Positions 62,264-64,000 of a DNA stretch of 64,000 nt are shown here, piece after piece. The DNA lies in the NCBI GenBank assembly GCA_965208325.1, contig OZ242326.1, forward strand, positions 160,001 through 224,000. Direction: 5' to 3'. Every line of letters begins with the position of its first letter. Positions within the stretch are counted from its first letter, which is position 1. The translations under genes and the position numbers were made by a program. The stretch is from Candidatus Poribacteria bacterium. Its GTDB lineage: Bacteria > Poribacteria > WGA-4E > PCPOR2b. The notes below the pieces were generated by a model, which was given only the letters and a program-made list of their open reading frames with translations, had not been told where the DNA came from and did not search any database.

Positions 62264-62288
62264 CCGATGTTCTTCACCTTTGTCTCTG

Positions 62289-63215
62289 CTACGGTTTATA
62301 TAGCTGCTCAGGTTGCCAGCCGGGGGGATACCCTATCGGCCAGTCTGAATAGCCAAACAACTCACGGAGTCCGTCCGGATTTCCACACAGCCAAAAAAAC
62401 ATCTCTGCTGTGTCAAACCAGTCTCTGAATTGCTGGCGCGGCGGCTGAAGGAAGGGGCCGTCAACGCTATATTCCGCAGTGGCAGGGTCAAAGTCCGGTT
62501 CAACCACCCAGTCTCGCTCCGGTTGAACCGTCCGCCAATAACAGTATTTCAGCATATTGCGGATCCCGTGAGCCGTGGATTCGGACCGGCGATGCCAAAT
62601 TGAATAGACGGTGATAAAAATTGTGCCTGCCGATGCGGCGGTGTTGACCGAAGAACGAATGTTCGAATAATGCCCCATGCACCTCGAAAGCGTAAAATAG
62701 AAATGAGATGTCGGTACCAGACCCGTCGGTCCGAGTTCTACAGGCGTGTCCTGCGGATAATAGAATACCTGAAGGTGGTTGAGTGCCGGTCCGTGGCGGG
62801 AACCGCCGTCTCTATGCCAGCCCTGCGCCGGTGCGGGACATTCGATTCGATGGTTAGCCACCCCTTTTGGAAGCATGAAGTTTTTGCCCAACAGCGACCG
62901 CACTGCCCCTGCAGCCTGCGGGTTGAGAAGAACATGTTCAATGAACCAATCTTCGTTAAGCAGTTCGATAGGCTGGCCCGTCGGATTTGCAATCAAATAA
63001 TCGTATGTCCGTCGGTTTATCTCGTCCGGAACGGCGTCCTCTAGCATCAGATACCCCATTTTGCAGAATTCTACGACCTGGTTGTCGGTGAGCGAAGGGG
63101 TAATCTCGCTCAAAACCACGCCATCTTTCACTTGAAGACCGGGTTTGGAAAGTTCTACGGTTTTTGTGTCAGTTCTCACTGGGCTAATTGCCCCTTTAAT
63201 CGGCGGTCTTGCCAT
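62289..63215 (-). CDS. PhyH-family Fe(II)/2OG oxygenase (canonical HxD)
   Basis: WHRDG, YYPQD, VPTSH and IWHRR motifs. Confidence 0.85.
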   Translation of the reverse strand: MARPPIKGAISPVRTDTKTVELSKPGLQVKDGVVLSEITPSLTDNQVVEFCKMGYLMLEDAVPDEINRRTYDYLIANPTGQPIELLNEDWFIEHVLLNPQAAGAVRSLLGKNFMLPKGVANHRIECPAPAQGWHRDGGSRHGPALNHLQVFYYPQDTPVELGPTGLVPTSHFYFTLSRCMGHYSNIRSSVNTAASAGTIFITVYSIWHRRSESTAHGIRNMLKYCYWRTVQPERDWVVEPDFDPATAEYSVDGPFLQPPRQQFRDWFDTAEMFFWLCGNPDGLRELFGYSDWPIGYPPGWQPEQLYKP

Positions 63216-63522
63216 CTGTCCATAGTCCCTTCAGTTTCAGTGTGTTACCAAATTATTGTCGTGTCTCATTATCAGCGATTTCGTTATAACCTGCTTAAAA
63301 ATCCATCTAATTGAACATCATTAGTCTTTTGCCAAAGCCCCGGAGGGGATCTTCGATCATCAAATCGAAGATAGTTTTTTCAGTAAAATAGAAACGTCAA
63401 TTCACGATACATCGAAAGCCCCAGCCGGGCGGCAGACTACTGTTGCAGGAATTCACACACCGCTGCATCCTCTCCGGAGGTTGAATTTAATAAAACGAGA
63501 TGAGTGTGCTGAGTCAATGACG

Positions 63523-63963
63523 TCATCCTTCCCGATTCGAACGCTCCTGCGAATGTGAAGGCGTATGCTGATGGGCGGAAGACACACCTTCCGGGCGTGG
63601 GTCGGGCGCTTCGGCTGGATTTACAATGTAGTCGAAACTCAGCCACAAACTGCGAGAATACCGGAAGAAGAAGATGGGAAAAAGTACACAGAAGACAATC
63701 CAAAGAATAACGTTTACATAATATGCGATAGGTGTCAAATACTCCAACGCAAAAAAACCGGCAAATGCCATGATAATCGTCGCGCCGTAGTTGATATACA
63801 TCGCACCCACAAAATATCCCATCTCGCGCTCAAATTTGAAATAGCAGCAACTACACTCCGAGCACATTTTGAACATACCCGAAAACAAATCGCCTTCACC
63901 ACAAGATGGACATTTAAGGCGCAGCCCCGCGCTCAAAATTCCGCGCACGCTGTGTTTCCGCAT
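63523..63963 (-). CDS. DUF983 membrane protein
   Basis: CPSCGEG..CSC, ExGYFVGAMYINY and SRSLW motifs. Confidence 0.85.
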   Translation of the reverse strand: MRKHSVRGILSAGLRLKCPSCGEGDLFSGMFKMCSECSCCYFKFEREMGYFVGAMYINYGATIIMAFAGFFALEYLTPIAYYVNVILWIVFCVLFPIFFFRYSRSLWLSFDYIVNPAEAPDPRPEGVSSAHQHTPSHSQERSNREG

Positions 63964-64000
63964 GTATTGTTCCGCCTCCTTGAACTCGCGCCTTCAATAC

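Overview
Bacterial chromosomal window with about 46 protein genes and one tRNA-Ala(GGC). It most resembles Candidatus Poribacteria (inference from three PhyH-family dioxygenases, LamG proteins with a short C-terminal KLTTAWGNIK-type motif, HEAT/TPR repeat proteins, an orphan EutN and dense REP-like repeats). Core genes are ilvD-like, lgt, proA, proB, obgE, rpmA, rplU, rng, lhr, trmB and acnA. The usual rplU-rpmA-obgE-proB-proA cluster is split by about 7.6 kb carrying VOC/SDR genes and a co-oriented island (Rx4H HEPN-like protein, trypsin-TPR, DUF2971, second trypsin) with one attC-like spacer. The most notable observations are: a roughly 200-nt highly paired, two-state candidate ncRNA between porX-like and rng; a circularly permuted LamG domain inserted in a GT-C-like membrane protein; a DNase I-fold lipoprotein with both catalytic His changed to Arg; two Fe/2OG enzymes lacking the HxD carboxylate (halogenase-like); and PorV/PorX-like genes plus a short C-terminal sorting-like motif. 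No CRISPR, integrase, transposase or reverse transcriptase was seen. All family calls come from motif recognition, not database searches.
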